Below, piece after piece: positions 26,850 through 36,851 of a stretch of 47,938 nucleotides of DNA. The notes below the pieces were generated by a model that was not told the origin of the DNA, did no database searches, and worked only from the letters and a program-made list of their open reading frames with translations. The stretch comes from Candidatus Intestinimonas stercorigallinarum (lineage in GTDB: Bacteria; Bacillota; Clostridia; Oscillospirales; Oscillospiraceae). Both the position numbers and the translations under genes were made by a program. The stretch is from NCBI GenBank assembly GCA_019115345.1, contig DXDV01000237.1, forward strand, positions 1 through 47,938. Reading direction: 5' to 3'. Every line of letters begins with the position of its first letter. Within the stretch, counting starts at the first letter, position 1.

Positions 26850-29800
26850 TCATTCCACGGTGATAAGAATGGTATGCCTGCCGCTTCTGGGCAGGGCAAA
26901 GACCTTGTCCTTGGGGTCCTCCAGCCGGACCTCGGTGCGGCCGAAGCCGGTCTCCTGAAAGGCGGTGGCGGAGACCTGCTTCAGGAGCCGGACCCCCTTC
27001 ACCCCGCTGAGACAGTTGCGCAGCTGGGTGTCGTTGGGGATGCGGCCCACCGCCCAGCCCTTTCCGTCGAAGTTGCCGGTGAGGGGGTCCAAAAAGGCGT
27101 CCAGCCTGCGGGAGACCTCCTCCCGGACCACAAAGACCTGGTTGAAGTCGGCCACCGTCAGCTCCACCTTGACGCACAGCTCCAGGAACCGGGGGCCCAC
27201 CACGTGGAAATGCTCCAGGGCGGCCAGGTTGCCGCCGCAGCGGCGGAGGATGTAGTCGGTGATCTGGGCGCGCACCGTGGGGAGGAGGGCCCCTCCCGTC
27301 TGGTAGTCCCGGAGCAGCACCACCAGAGTCACCCAGCCGGGCCGGGGCAGGCCCCGGTCGTCCCGGTTGGAGAAGCACTTGGCCCGGGCGATGTTCCGGG
27401 TGGCCTCCAGGGCCAGGGCCTCGAAGTCCCGGGCGGTCACCGCCCGGTCGCCGTGGCGCAGGGCGGCGCCGCCCCGGGCCACCGCCTGTTCAAAGGTCTC
27501 CTGGTCGCAGCCCCCGGCGGTGGGGCGGGGGTTTTCCACCAGGCTGACAAAGCCCAGGGAGCGGCTGGAGCGGTCGATGGCCCCCGCCGCCACGTTGCCC
27601 ACCTGGCCGCCGCCGGTGACATATTGGATCTCGATGGTCTCCTGCCGGCCGTGGGGCGGGATGCGCCCGTTCCGGCCGTCGGAGAACCGGACCACGCCCT
27701 CGTTCCGGTCCAGGGTGTAGTGCCGGTCGGAGGGGCCGGAGAGGGCGAAGTCCTCCCGCTCCTCCCAGCGCACCCAGGCCTCCCGGAGGATGCCCGCCGG
27801 GTCCCGGACAGGGCGGAAGGCGTCGCTCTTTTCCAGCTCCGAAAGCTGGGCCGGCAGCAGGTGGTCCATCTCGTTGACCCAGACCTGGGCCCGGGTCACC
27901 CGGCCGTGGAGCAGGCGGCAGGCCATATGCTTCTGCTCCGGCTCGATGAAGAACCGCTCCGGGGGCTGGGTGTCCACGTTCCGGACCCGGGTGGCGTTCA
28001 TGTAGAGTCCGGTGACCCGGGGCAGCTGCACCGGGCCCTCCCGGCCCCAGTAGCGCCCCTCCTCGTCCACGGCCCGGAGCCAGTAGAGGGTCTCGCCCCA
28101 CAGCCTGGCCTGCTGGAAGGTCCCCGTGCCCATGATGGTGAGGATGCCCGTCTGCCGGAGGTTCTCGGTCTCGTCCACCACGTTGAGGCTCTCCCAGCCG
28201 TGGCTGCCCCGGTACTCCCACCGCAGCCGGCCCGGCTTTTCCCGCAGGGCCTCCGAGAGGAGGAAGAGCAGCTTCACCGGAGCGCCGGCGGGGGGCGTGG
28301 AGAAGCCGAAGTAGAGAGCGGGGCGCTCCTCCTCCAGGAAGGCGAAGGGGGTAAAGACGCCGTCCCCGCCCCGGAAATAGCTCCCCTCCAGGCACTGGGT
28401 CTCCCGGTTGTTCTCCAGGAGGAGCCTGCCGGGGACCCGGCCCCGGCCGGTATAGCGGTAGGAGAAGCGCAGCTTCTCCATCCGGGGGACGATGTAATTG
28501 CCCTTGAGCTTGTAGAGGTTCCTGACCTTCAGCACCCGGGCGCGGATGAAATAGCCGGTGTTGGCGTTGACCAGCACGGGACGGATGTCCTCGGGGCAGC
28601 GGAAGCGGATGGTCCGCTGCCGGCCCAGAGCGCCCAGGGAGGCGTTGAAGCAGTCGCTCTCCCGGCCGTCGGGGAAGAGGCGCGCCCAGCCGTCGCCGTT
28701 GAAATATTCCCAGATGACCTCCTGGATGGCGATGTCGTACTCGTCATCCGGGCGGAAATCACTTTTTTTCATGATCAGCTTCCAGCGGATGGCCTGCTCC
28801 GGCCCCGTCTGTTCCACGGGGATGGCGTCGAAGTCCAGCTGGAAGGTCATCTCGATGTCGGCGCCCCGTTTGACCAGGGCCTCGCCGCAGCCGAAGTAGG
28901 CCTCGGCAAAGAGGCCCAGCTGCTCGCCGAAGGGGAGAAAGGCGTGGACGTCCTGGTCGGCGCCGGAGGCGTGGACCAGGTCGGGGAGGAGGTCCTGGTT
29001 CCGGGCGGACAGCCGGACCAGCCGCAGGGTGAAGGGGGGCGGGACCGTGCCGTCCAGGAGCCGCAGGCGCAGCCAGCGCCGGCCCTCCAGCCCGGGCAGG
29101 GCGGAGGGGGTCACCGGGAGCTGCCGCTCCCCCAGACCCAGCACCACCCGGCTGCCCTCCAGGGCGCAGGTGGAGAACGGCTGCCAGCTCTCCCCGTGGC
29201 TGTACTCCCAGACCACCTTGGCCGGGTCGGTGAGGAGCTCGCCCACCTGCCGGGGCAGCTCCCGCTGGTGGCCGGGGGTGAGCTCCACCTCCAGCCGGGC
29301 CCCGGCGCTCAGCTCCAGCACGTCCTCCCGGGTGAGGGAGAGGGTGTGGCGCTGGAGGTTTTCCCCCTTGAGATCGAAGAGGTAGAAGGGCCGGTCCTCC
29401 CGGCCGTCGCAGTTGTGGACGATGACGTCGGCGCCGCCGCAGACGGTAAAGACCTGCTGGGGCTGGGCGGGGGTGACAAAGACGTCGTCGGTGGTCTCAA
29501 AGACGGTGCTGCCCGTCTCGGTATCGGCGTCGGCCAGCAGGGGGGTGCCGGCGGGCACCTCCACGCCCTCCTCCACCCGTCCGGCCAGGCCGAAGCGGAC
29601 AAAGCCCTCGGCGGGCAGGGCGGGGAGGAGCCGGGCCCCCATGGCGCTGAAGAAGGCGGCCATGTTCTTCTCGGCCACACGGTTGAAGCGCTTGATGGTC
29701 TGGGCGAAGAGCTCGGTGTAGATGAGGGAGAGCGCCGTGCCCAGGTCCGGGTCATCCCGGTCAAAGCGCCACTCCGGCGTATAGGCCGCCGCCCGCGCGG

Positions 29801-29855
29801 CGATGGAGCGCAGCAGCTCCTCCCTGCCGCGGGGGTCGATCTCGGGGATGCCCAT
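26850..29855 (-). CDS. Large baseplate J-like wedge protein
   Basis: IDPR..YTPEW..DPDLG, FET, FLPFGE, FSDGRNGRIPP, Y.TGGG..GNV, GG.D.E, RAVTARDFEALA, FLDPLTG..G.GW. Confidence 0.92.
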   Translation of the reverse strand: MGIPEIDPRGREELLRSIAARAAAYTPEWRFDRDDPDLGTALSLIYTELFAQTIKRFNRVAEKNMAAFFSAMGARLLPALPAEGFVRFGLAGRVEEGVEVPAGTPLLADADTETGSTVFETTDDVFVTPAQPQQVFTVCGGADVIVHNCDGREDRPFYLFDLKGENLQRHTLSLTREDVLELSAGARLEVELTPGHQRELPRQVGELLTDPAKVVWEYSHGESWQPFSTCALEGSRVVLGLGERQLPVTPSALPGLEGRRWLRLRLLDGTVPPPFTLRLVRLSARNQDLLPDLVHASGADQDVHAFLPFGEQLGLFAEAYFGCGEALVKRGADIEMTFQLDFDAIPVEQTGPEQAIRWKLIMKKSDFRPDDEYDIAIQEVIWEYFNGDGWARLFPDGRESDCFNASLGALGRQRTIRFRCPEDIRPVLVNANTGYFIRARVLKVRNLYKLKGNYIVPRMEKLRFSYRYTGRGRVPGRLLLENNRETQCLEGSYFRGGDGVFTPFAFLEEERPALYFGFSTPPAGAPVKLLFLLSEALREKPGRLRWEYRGSHGWESLNVVDETENLRQTGILTIMGTGTFQQARLWGETLYWLRAVDEEGRYWGREGPVQLPRVTGLYMNATRVRNVDTQPPERFFIEPEQKHMACRLLHGRVTRAQVWVNEMDHLLPAQLSELEKSDAFRPVRDPAGILREAWVRWEEREDFALSGPSDRHYTLDRNEGVVRFSDGRNGRIPPHGRQETIEIQYVTGGGQVGNVAAGAIDRSSRSLGFVSLVENPRPTAGGCDQETFEQAVARGGAALRHGDRAVTARDFEALALEATRNIARAKCFSNRDDRGLPRPGWVTLVVLLRDYQTGGALLPTVRAQITDYILRRCGGNLAALEHFHVVGPRFLELCVKVELTVADFNQVFVVREEVSRRLDAFLDPLTGNFDGKGWAVGRIPNDTQLRNCLSGVKGVRLLKQVSATAFQETGFGRTEVRLEDPKDKVFALPRSGRHTILITVE

Positions 29856-29872
29856 GCCTCATTCCCTCCCGT

Positions 29873-30292
29873 CTAGCCTTCCAGGCCCTCGTTGATGTAG
29901 TAAGGATATACCAGATTATAGGGGTTGTTGGTGGCCCGCACCACGTAGGAGACGTTCAGCAGCAGACAGCCGTCCTCCCGGGGGCTCTGCTCCACCCGCA
30001 CCTGAACGCCGGTGATCCGGGGCTCCCAGCGGATGAGGGCCTCCAGGGCCTCCCGCTCCATCTGGGTCTGGGTGGTGTAGTCCATGTGCTCGAAGGCGAA
30101 GCCGCGCAGATCGCAGCCGAAGTCGGGCTGCATCATCCGCTCCCCCTTCCCTGTCAGGAGGATGAGGCGCACCGCCTCCTGGATGTCCTCCTCGGCGGAT
30201 ACGCTCCGCATCCGCCCGGTGGCGGGGTCCACCCCCACCGGGAACTTCCAGCCCCTGCCCAGGAAATCCCGGGCCGTATCCGGATGGTCCAT
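29873..30292 (-). CDS. GPW/gp25 sheath-initiator baseplate protein
   Basis: FLGRGWKFP, I.EAVRLILLT..GER.MQPDFGC, WEPRI, TN..YNLVYPYY. Confidence 0.95.
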   Translation of the reverse strand: MDHPDTARDFLGRGWKFPVGVDPATGRMRSVSAEEDIQEAVRLILLTGKGERMMQPDFGCDLRGFAFEHMDYTTQTQMEREALEALIRWEPRITGVQVRVEQSPREDGCLLLNVSYVVRATNNPYNLVYPYYINEGLEG

Positions 30293-30309
30293 CCGCTTGG
30301 CCTCCTCCC

Positions 30310-31086
30310 TTAGTTGATCTTGGCCATGGAGCCCTTCAGGGTCAGCATCCCGCTGGCGTTGACGTCCAGGTTGCCGGAGGACTTGACCGTCATCATGCTG
30401 CCCTCCAGCTTCACGCTCTGGCCCTTGAGGTTCAGGCTCTGGCCCGCCTCAATGCTGACGGTGTCCATCTTCAGGGCGGCCTTCTTCCCCTGGCCGTCCA
30501 GGGTGAGGGAGCCGCCCCCCACGTCGAGGACGATCTTCTTCTCCGCCTGGACGGTGACGGCCCCGTTTTTTCCGCTGATGGTGAGGATGTTCTTCTTGTC
30601 CTTGTCGCACAGGCGGATCTCCACCGGCTCGTCCTCCAGGACGAGGGTGAGCTCCCCCTTGGTGCGGAGGCTGACCGACTCCTTGCCCTGGACGTCGGAG
30701 AAGGTGAGCTCGTTGCCCCCCTTGGTCCGCAGGGTCTTGGTCTCGTTTTTCTCGGCGGCGGCCTTTTGGGGCAGGGGGTTCACCTGGCTCCACAGGCTGC
30801 CGATGACGATGGGGTGATCCCGGTCCCCCAGGTTGAAGGCCAGCACCACCTCGTCTCCCACCTCCGGGAGGAAATAGTGGCCGTATTCCTTCCCGGCGTA
30901 GGGCTGGGCCACCCGGACCCAGTCGGTGCGGTTTTTGCCGCTCTCGCCCAGAAAGACCTCCACCCGCACCATGCCCGGGTGCTTGTCGTCCCAGTTTTCC
31001 ACCACCCGTCCGGTGGTCACGCTGAACATGCGCGCTCCGTCGGAGGAGCGGGCGTTGTCCTGATACAGCTCGTCAAAAAAGCTCAT
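30310..31086 (-). CDS. Spike protein, gp5/gpV OB-fold plus beta-helix (VgrG C-terminal-like)
   Basis: WVRVAQPYAG..YG.YFLPEVGDEVVLAF..GD...P.VIGSLW; ends in LTLKGSMAKIN. Confidence 0.93.
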   Translation of the reverse strand: MSFFDELYQDNARSSDGARMFSVTTGRVVENWDDKHPGMVRVEVFLGESGKNRTDWVRVAQPYAGKEYGHYFLPEVGDEVVLAFNLGDRDHPIVIGSLWSQVNPLPQKAAAEKNETKTLRTKGGNELTFSDVQGKESVSLRTKGELTLVLEDEPVEIRLCDKDKKNILTISGKNGAVTVQAEKKIVLDVGGGSLTLDGQGKKAALKMDTVSIEAGQSLNLKGQSVKLEGSMMTVKSSGNLDVNASGMLTLKGSMAKIN

Positions 31087-32150
31087 TCTTCCCAGCCTCC
31101 GATCTCCAGTGTGGTGGAAAAGCCGTCGCTGCTCAGCTCGTGCCGGACCTGGCGGATGTAATAGTCCCGGTCCAGGTCGCTGTCCAGACCTTTGAGGGTG
31201 ACGAACCGGCCCGGCACCAGCTCCGGCAGGCCCACGCAGCTCACCGAGCCGGTCTGGGCCTGGCGCTTGCGCTCCAGGGCCTCCTTTTCCGCCCGCTTTT
31301 GGGCCTTGGCCACCTCCCGGGCGTCGGGATCGGGGATGACCGTCTCATGCTGGGCGCCCACCGCCTTCTGCGCCTCGTCGCTTTTTTCGGTGACCTGGGC
31401 CTTCACCGCCTCCTTGCTGTCCGGGTCAAAGCCGATGACGGTGATCTTCAGGTTCTGATAGAGGGAGTTGCGGGAGAAGTGGAGCACGCCTTCCCCCCAG
31501 GAGAGGGTCAGAATGGGCTTTTTCACCTTGGCCCGCTCCCGGAAGTAGGCCTTGTCCCCCAGGACGAAGAACTCCCGGTTGGCCTTCCGGGCCAGGTTCT
31601 CGGTGACGAAGGTGTAGTCGGAGCCCCGCTGGACGATCTGGGTGATCTCGTTGCTGTCGGTGGCGTCCACCTCCGAGCTGGGGCACAGGGCGCTGTACCG
31701 CTTCATGATCTCCTGGAAGGCGGCGGAGTAGGTGGTCACCACGTGGACCTCCTCCCGGCTGGTGCCCTCCATCATCAGCCGCCGCACGTCCATGGCGGTG
31801 ATGGAGAGGACGGGCACATCGGAGAAGTCCACCCCCACGCCGCTGATGTAGCCCTGGAACACCTCGGTGAGAGAGGAGCCGTAGCCCAGCTTCAGATTCA
31901 CCTTGGCCCCCAGCTTGAGCATGGATTTGACGCTGGAGAGAAATCCGCTGCTCTTGCGGTCGTAAGCCCCCGCCACGGTGAAGGAGACCGCGGAGGCCCC
32001 GTCCAGGGAGAGGGTGGCCTCCACGCGCTCCACCCCCACCGACTCCGGCAGGGTCTTGCCCTCGATGAGGAGCTGAAAGGCCGGGACGCGGAACTGCCCG
32101 TACCGGCTGACCAGCTTGGCGTAGGTGGTGGCGTTGTCCATCAGTCCCAT
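31083..32150 (-). CDS. Phage late control D / gp27-like hub protein
   Basis: LGYG.....VFQGYI, Q..SDY.FV..LA, G.PELVPG..V.L.GL...Y.I..VRH...GF.T. Confidence 0.9.
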   Translation of the reverse strand: MGLMDNATTYAKLVSRYGQFRVPAFQLLIEGKTLPESVGVERVEATLSLDGASAVSFTVAGAYDRKSSGFLSSVKSMLKLGAKVNLKLGYGSSLTEVFQGYISGVGVDFSDVPVLSITAMDVRRLMMEGTSREEVHVVTTYSAAFQEIMKRYSALCPSSEVDATDSNEITQIVQRGSDYTFVTENLARKANREFFVLGDKAYFRERAKVKKPILTLSWGEGVLHFSRNSLYQNLKITVIGFDPDSKEAVKAQVTEKSDEAQKAVGAQHETVIPDPDAREVAKAQKRAEKEALERKRQAQTGSVSCVGLPELVPGRFVTLKGLDSDLDRDYYIRQVRHELSSDGFSTTLEIGGWEE

Positions 32151-32183
32151 GGTCTCCCTCCTCTCTGCTTTGGTTTCCCGGCG

Positions 32184-32870
32184 TCACAGGGCCGGCAGCT
32201 TGATGACCTGCCCCGGCTCCAGCTCCAGGGGGTCCATGATCCCGTTTTCCCGGGCGATCACCCGCCAGAGCTCGGCGTCGCCGTACTCCTGGAAGGCGAA
32301 GCTCCAGAGGTGCTCCCCCTGGTGGACGGTGCGGTACTTGGTGCGGTCGGGGGACTCGAAGGGCCGCTTGCGCTTGGCCGTGGACAGGTCGGTCACCGAC
32401 TTGAGGGTGAGCTCCACCCTGGCCCGGACGGGCATGCCGCTGGGCAGGAACATGGTGAAGGTCTGCTTGATGTCGGTGACCACGCCCTGGAAGCTGAGGG
32501 AGCCCCAGGCGAAGGTGACGGTGGGCGGGCGGTGGAGGCTGCCGTCGATGGCCACCAGGGCCGCCACCCGGCGGGTCAGATGGGACACGTCGGTGGGCTG
32601 GTGGGCCTTCTGCTGGGTGAGCTCTATTTTCTTCCCGGTGTCCCGGACGCCGCTCGCCGGGGTGTCGTAGGTGTCGAAGGTCAGGGAGAGGCTCAGGGTG
32701 GCGGCGGCCCCGGAGACGAACTGGGTGATGGGCCCCACGGTGCCGGGGATGGTCTTTTCCGCGTAGTTGACGTTTTCCGAGATGTTGTACTCGGAGGGGT
32801 TGAACTGGACCGAAAAGGTCTCGCTCTGTCCCTCCCGCTCCACGGTGAGCTTTGCCTTTTCCAGCGCCAT
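32184..32870 (-). CDS. CIS tube-initiator protein with C-terminal LysM (Afp7/Pvc7-like)
   Basis: VQFNPSEY, PP.V.F.WG, FTMF..SG.PVRA.V, LysM GEHLW..A..EYGD...WR.IA.EN.I.DP..L.PG..I.LP. Confidence 0.92.
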   Translation of the reverse strand: MALEKAKLTVEREGQSETFSVQFNPSEYNISENVNYAEKTIPGTVGPITQFVSGAAATLSLSLTFDTYDTPASGVRDTGKKIELTQQKAHQPTDVSHLTRRVAALVAIDGSLHRPPTVTFAWGSLSFQGVVTDIKQTFTMFLPSGMPVRARVELTLKSVTDLSTAKRKRPFESPDRTKYRTVHQGEHLWSFAFQEYGDAELWRVIARENGIMDPLELEPGQVIKLPAL

Positions 32871-32895
32871 GGGCGTCTCCTCCTCTCAAATGGGG

Positions 32896-35800
32896 TCAGA
32901 TCAGGCCCCTGCGCTGCCGCTCCAGCCGGAGCTGGCCCTCCAGCTCCCGCATGACGGCCTTGGCCAGCTGCCGCACCTGGGCGGGCTCCTGAGCGCCGGG
33001 GACCCGGGCCTGGGTCACCGCCTGGCGGACCAGGGCCTCCTGCCGCTCCAGCCGCTGCCGCAGCCCGGTCAGGTCCTGCCGCTGCCGCTCCAGGGCCTGT
33101 TCCTGCTCCCGGCTCTGCCGGCGCAGCAGGCGCAGCTCCGGGGCCTGCCGCTGCACGGCCAGCTCCACCCGCTCCTCCACGGCCCGCTCCGCCGCCTGTT
33201 CCGCCGCCCCCGGGACGGCGGAACGGCGCAGGGCCAGCTCCGGGGGTTCCGGCGGGGGAAGGGGCGTCTCGGCCCGGGCCGGGGCCGGGGAGAGGGTGGG
33301 GCTCAGCCGGGGCAGCAGGGCCATGGGGATGGGCGGGTCTGCCGCCGGATAGGGTCTTTCCCGCCCGGCCTGGGGAGGCGGCTCCGTCAGGAAGGGGAGA
33401 CGGAGGGCCGCCGGGGGGGCGGGCCTGGCCGGATGGGGGACGGGGGCCGTCCGCAGGGGCTCCGGCTGCCGCCGGGGCTGTCCCTCCGGGGCACGGGCGG
33501 CGGTCCCGCCCGGTGGGGCCCACGCGGGGGAAACCTCCGCCGGGGACTCCGGAAAATGGACGGGAACCGCCCCTCTCCCCTGGGACCGGAGGGGGAGGGC
33601 CAAGGTAGGCGGTGTCCGCCGGGAGGGCGGAGTTTCCCCAGCCGGTGTGAAAAGGGGCGCGGACCGGGGCGCGCCCTGGGACAGCTCCCCAGGGGTCCCC
33701 CGGCCGAAGTCAGGGGCAGTGGTCAGCGCCGGGGATGGCCACCGGGGTGTTTTTTCCCCAGGGAATGTGGAAAATACCATGGACCGTGCCGCCTCCTGGG
33801 GGCGAGCCTCAAAGGACGGCCGGCCGGACGGTGGGGCGGCGGTCAGCGCCGGAGGTTCCCACCGGGGCCGGTCTTTCCCCGGCAATGTGGAAAGTGTCAC
33901 AGGCCGTGCCGCCTCCTGAGGGCGATTCTCAAAGGACGGCTGGCCGGACGGTGGGGCGGCAGTCAGCGCCGGAGGTTCCCACCGGGGCCGGTCTTTCCCC
34001 GGCAATGCGGGGAGCGCCACGGAACGTGCCGCATCCTGAGGGCGATCCCCAGGGGACGGCTGGCCGGGCGGAGAGACCGGCGTTGGCGCCGGGAATATCC
34101 GCTGGGAGCGGGCTTCCACGGCCGGGGCGGGACGCTCCGCCGTCGGGAACAGGGCCAGGGAGACCTTGGCGGAAGCCGTCCGGCCGGACGGGGGAGCGGG
34201 GGAGAGCCCCGGGGAAAGGCTCCCTGCCGGTGAAGGGCGGCTGCCCGGCTGGGAGGGCCGGGACCAGGGGGCCGGAGCCGGAGTGGGATGGCGGAGGACC
34301 TGGGTCACCTCCTCCCAACGCCGCCGGTCCTCCGCCCAGCGAAGGACCTGGGGCAGCAGCGGCTCCGGCGGGGCGGGCCGGCCGGCCAGATACCGGGTCA
34401 GGTGGTAGCGGAAGGATTTGTATTCCCTCTGGGTCCGGAAGGTGAGGATGGAGCCGGCGGAGGTCCGGGCTTCGGGGGCCGCCTCTGTGGGGGAGGGCTC
34501 CTCCCGGCCGGGACCGCGGCGGAGGGCCTGGACGGCGGACAGGTGTCGGACCAGAAGCTGCCGCTCCTGCCGGTCCAGCCCCTGGGTGAGCCGGGCGCTC
34601 TCGCTTGCCCAGTCCCCGCCCCGGCCCTGGGCGAAGGCGGTGAGCCGCTCCAAAACGTGCCGCTCCCGGGTCTCCCGGACCTGTGTCTGCCGGAAGCCGG
34701 GACTCTGCATGGCCTGTTCCAGCAGCCGGACCGGGTCGGGACTCCGCTCCAGAAGCTGGAGGAGGACGGTTGGAGTCTCCACCGGCTGCGGGCTGGCGGG
34801 GGCGGGTCCCTGACCGGCAGCCTCCCGGAGGACGGAGAGCAGGGCTTCCCGCTCCGTGGGATTGGCGGCGGAGAGGAGCCGCGCCAGCTCCCGGCGGTAG
34901 GTCTGCCGGTCCTGAAGGAGGAACTGCCGCAGAGGGGTCTCCACCGGCGGAGGTTCGGGGGCGGGGGGCGCCGAAGCGGGGGGTGGAGCGGCAGCGGAGG
35001 ATGGGACGGAGTCCGGCGGGGCGGGGGACCGGCGGAGGTCCTCCGCCCGGAGGGTCCGGGTCCAGCGGACCAGGGCCTCCAGCTCCTGCCGGCGGCTCTC
35101 TTGGGTCAGGAGGGTCAGCCGCGTCCACGGGTTCTCCCGGTCCTGTCCGGCCTGCTCCCGCCGCTTGCGGGCGGTGTGAAAGACGCCGCTCTCCTCGGCC
35201 AGGGCCAGGAAGGCGTTCTGGGCCGCCGCCGGAGCGGCCTCCAGCTGGGAGAGCATCTCCTTCCGCCGCACCCGTCCCCGCTGGAGGCTCTGGGACAGCC
35301 AGTCCAGAAGGGGCGCGGCCCGGCGGATGAGGGAGACGGGCCCGTCTCCCGGCTGGGAGCCCTCCGCCGCAGGAGGGGCGGAGGGACCGCCGGGAACGGT
35401 GGAGGGGGCGTGACCGGCGGCGGAGGGGAGGGCGGGGACGCGCAGCTCCCGCTCCAGGGTCTGGAGCAGGAGGGCGTAGGTCTGGTGGGAGCTCTCCCGC
35501 ACCAGGCGCTCCAGCCGTTCCTCCGGGGGCAGATGGAATTCCTCGGCCCACCGCTGCCGGTGGCAGACGGTCAGCGGGGCGCGGGTCTCCACCAGCCGCC
35601 ACAGCCGGGCGGCTTCCCGGGGCTCCGCCTGCTGGAGGAGCTGGAGAAAGCGCTCCCTGTGGGCGTCCAGGGCCCGCTCCGCCCGCCGGATGCCCCCGGT
35701 CCGGGGGGGAGGGGCGGAGGAGACCGGCTGCGCGGCGGTCCGGTCCTGCTGCCACAGGGGGGCCGCCGTGGGGAAAGACCGGCCGCCGTGGACGGCGGGG

Positions 35801-36306
35801 GAGGGGAAAGAGCGCCCGGTCAAGGGGGGCGGGAGGGGGGCGGTCCGCTCCCGCTCCAGGCGGTCCAGCCGCTGGACCAGCCTCTCCCGCAGGACCTCCG
35901 CCGGGACGGGGGCCTGAGCCGCCCCCGCGGGGGCGGAAAGGCCCGTCAGCAGGCGGACCTCCCGGCAGGTCTCCCGGTCCCGCCGCTCCAGGGCGGTCAG
36001 GCAGACCCGGAGGGTCTCCCGCAGGGCGGCGCCCTCCATGGCGGGGGGCGGCTCCCGGCCGGGCGCGGCGGCGTAGTACTCGTTGAGCTGGAGGGCCAGG
36101 CGCAGGGTGAGCTGGGTGAGGCGGGTCTCGCTCACGGTCTGGGCCGCCGCCCGCTCCTCGGCCTCCCGGAACACCAGCCAGGCGTCGGGGTAGCGCTGGC
36201 TGTCCGACACGGGGCCGTGGCGGGCCAGAACGGCCCTGGCGAAGCTGGCCGCTCCTCCGCCCAGCCGGGGCTGGAGCAGGGGACGGAGGACCCGTGGCGT
36301 CCACAT
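32896..36306 (-). CDS. Long Pro/Arg/Ala-rich protein, candidate tape-measure-like component
   Basis: About 1136 aa with helical and low-complexity blocks; C-terminal LAKAVMRELEGQLRLERQRRGL resembles the '...ERERRG' end seen in CIS genes preceding the LysM gene; RBS AGGAGGTG before ATG 36306. Confidence 0.6.
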   Translation of the reverse strand: MWTPRVLRPLLQPRLGGGAASFARAVLARHGPVSDSQRYPDAWLVFREAEERAAAQTVSETRLTQLTLRLALQLNEYYAAAPGREPPPAMEGAALRETLRVCLTALERRDRETCREVRLLTGLSAPAGAAQAPVPAEVLRERLVQRLDRLERERTAPLPPPLTGRSFPSPAVHGGRSFPTAAPLWQQDRTAAQPVSSAPPPRTGGIRRAERALDAHRERFLQLLQQAEPREAARLWRLVETRAPLTVCHRQRWAEEFHLPPEERLERLVRESSHQTYALLLQTLERELRVPALPSAAGHAPSTVPGGPSAPPAAEGSQPGDGPVSLIRRAAPLLDWLSQSLQRGRVRRKEMLSQLEAAPAAAQNAFLALAEESGVFHTARKRREQAGQDRENPWTRLTLLTQESRRQELEALVRWTRTLRAEDLRRSPAPPDSVPSSAAAPPPASAPPAPEPPPVETPLRQFLLQDRQTYRRELARLLSAANPTEREALLSVLREAAGQGPAPASPQPVETPTVLLQLLERSPDPVRLLEQAMQSPGFRQTQVRETRERHVLERLTAFAQGRGGDWASESARLTQGLDRQERQLLVRHLSAVQALRRGPGREEPSPTEAAPEARTSAGSILTFRTQREYKSFRYHLTRYLAGRPAPPEPLLPQVLRWAEDRRRWEEVTQVLRHPTPAPAPWSRPSQPGSRPSPAGSLSPGLSPAPPSGRTASAKVSLALFPTAERPAPAVEARSQRIFPAPTPVSPPGQPSPGDRPQDAARSVALPALPGKDRPRWEPPALTAAPPSGQPSFENRPQEAARPVTLSTLPGKDRPRWEPPALTAAPPSGRPSFEARPQEAARSMVFSTFPGEKTPRWPSPALTTAPDFGRGTPGELSQGAPRSAPLFTPAGETPPSRRTPPTLALPLRSQGRGAVPVHFPESPAEVSPAWAPPGGTAARAPEGQPRRQPEPLRTAPVPHPARPAPPAALRLPFLTEPPPQAGRERPYPAADPPIPMALLPRLSPTLSPAPARAETPLPPPEPPELALRRSAVPGAAEQAAERAVEERVELAVQRQAPELRLLRRQSREQEQALERQRQDLTGLRQRLERQEALVRQAVTQARVPGAQEPAQVRQLAKAVMRELEGQLRLERQRRGLI
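33721..34080 (-). repeat. 120-bp coding tandem repeat, 3 copies (40-aa unit)
   Basis: Units start at 33721, 33841 and 33961 (GTCAGCGCCGG...CACCGGGG...CGTGCCGC...GGACGGC); decayed copies flank them. Confidence 0.9.
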
Positions 36307-36311
36307 GGGGG

Positions 36312-36836
36312 TCACACCTCCTGCTCCTTGAGTCCGGCGTGGGAGATCTCCAGCTTTTCGATGATGACCTCGCTGCCCAGGCCGTCCAGGTTCCCCAGCT
36401 CCCAGCGGGTGACCATGCCGTCCTCAAAGCCCCAGGAGCGCACGGGCTTCCACCCGTCGGACTGGCGGTAGTAGAGGAGGATGGTGACGGGGGTGGAGAT
36501 GCGGGTGCCGGGGGCCAGGGCCCGCATGAGCTTGGTCAGGTTCTGGTCGGCGGCCACGCCCTTTTCCAGGGTGAGGGTGCCGCTGGCGCTGCCGGGCTTG
36601 GTGAGGACGTGGACATAGTCGTTGAGCCCGCCCTCCAGCAGGTCCTCGTGCTCCACCGAGCGCTGGACGTTGCTGACCCGGGCGAAATTGATCTGCGTGG
36701 AGCCGAAAAAGACCTTGAACTTCTGATTGCCCACCAGGGGCGGGACGGGGGCCGGCTTCTTCCCGCTCTGCCGCTTGGCCCTGGTCTGCTGGAGCGTCAT
36801 GGGCGCCGCCTTGGCGTCCCCGGTCTGTCCTGGCAT
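36312..36836 (-). CDS. Tail tube protein 2 (T4 gp19-like, Afp5/Pvc5-like)
   Basis: F.V.F....F..VS, EGGLN.YVH.L, LTLEKGV, W.F......RW....LD.....VIIEKLEISH.GL. Confidence 0.88.
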   Translation of the reverse strand: MPGQTGDAKAAPMTLQQTRAKRQSGKKPAPVPPLVGNQKFKVFFGSTQINFARVSNVQRSVEHEDLLEGGLNDYVHVLTKPGSASGTLTLEKGVAADQNLTKLMRALAPGTRISTPVTILLYYRQSDGWKPVRSWGFEDGMVTRWELGNLDGLGSEVIIEKLEISHAGLKEQEV

Positions 36837-36851
36837 GTCCGTCCCTCCTCG

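Noticed and set aside
24846-29876. 1676-aa plus-strand ORF
   Set aside because: Antisense shadow of the two baseplate genes; high-GC codon bias removes stops; no recognisable motifs.
33929-36427. Alternative 832-aa minus-strand frame in the low-complexity gene
   Set aside because: Almost pure P/G/A/R; the chosen frame has an RBS, helical L/E/R blocks and a plausible conserved C-terminus. A frameshift inside this region cannot be fully excluded.
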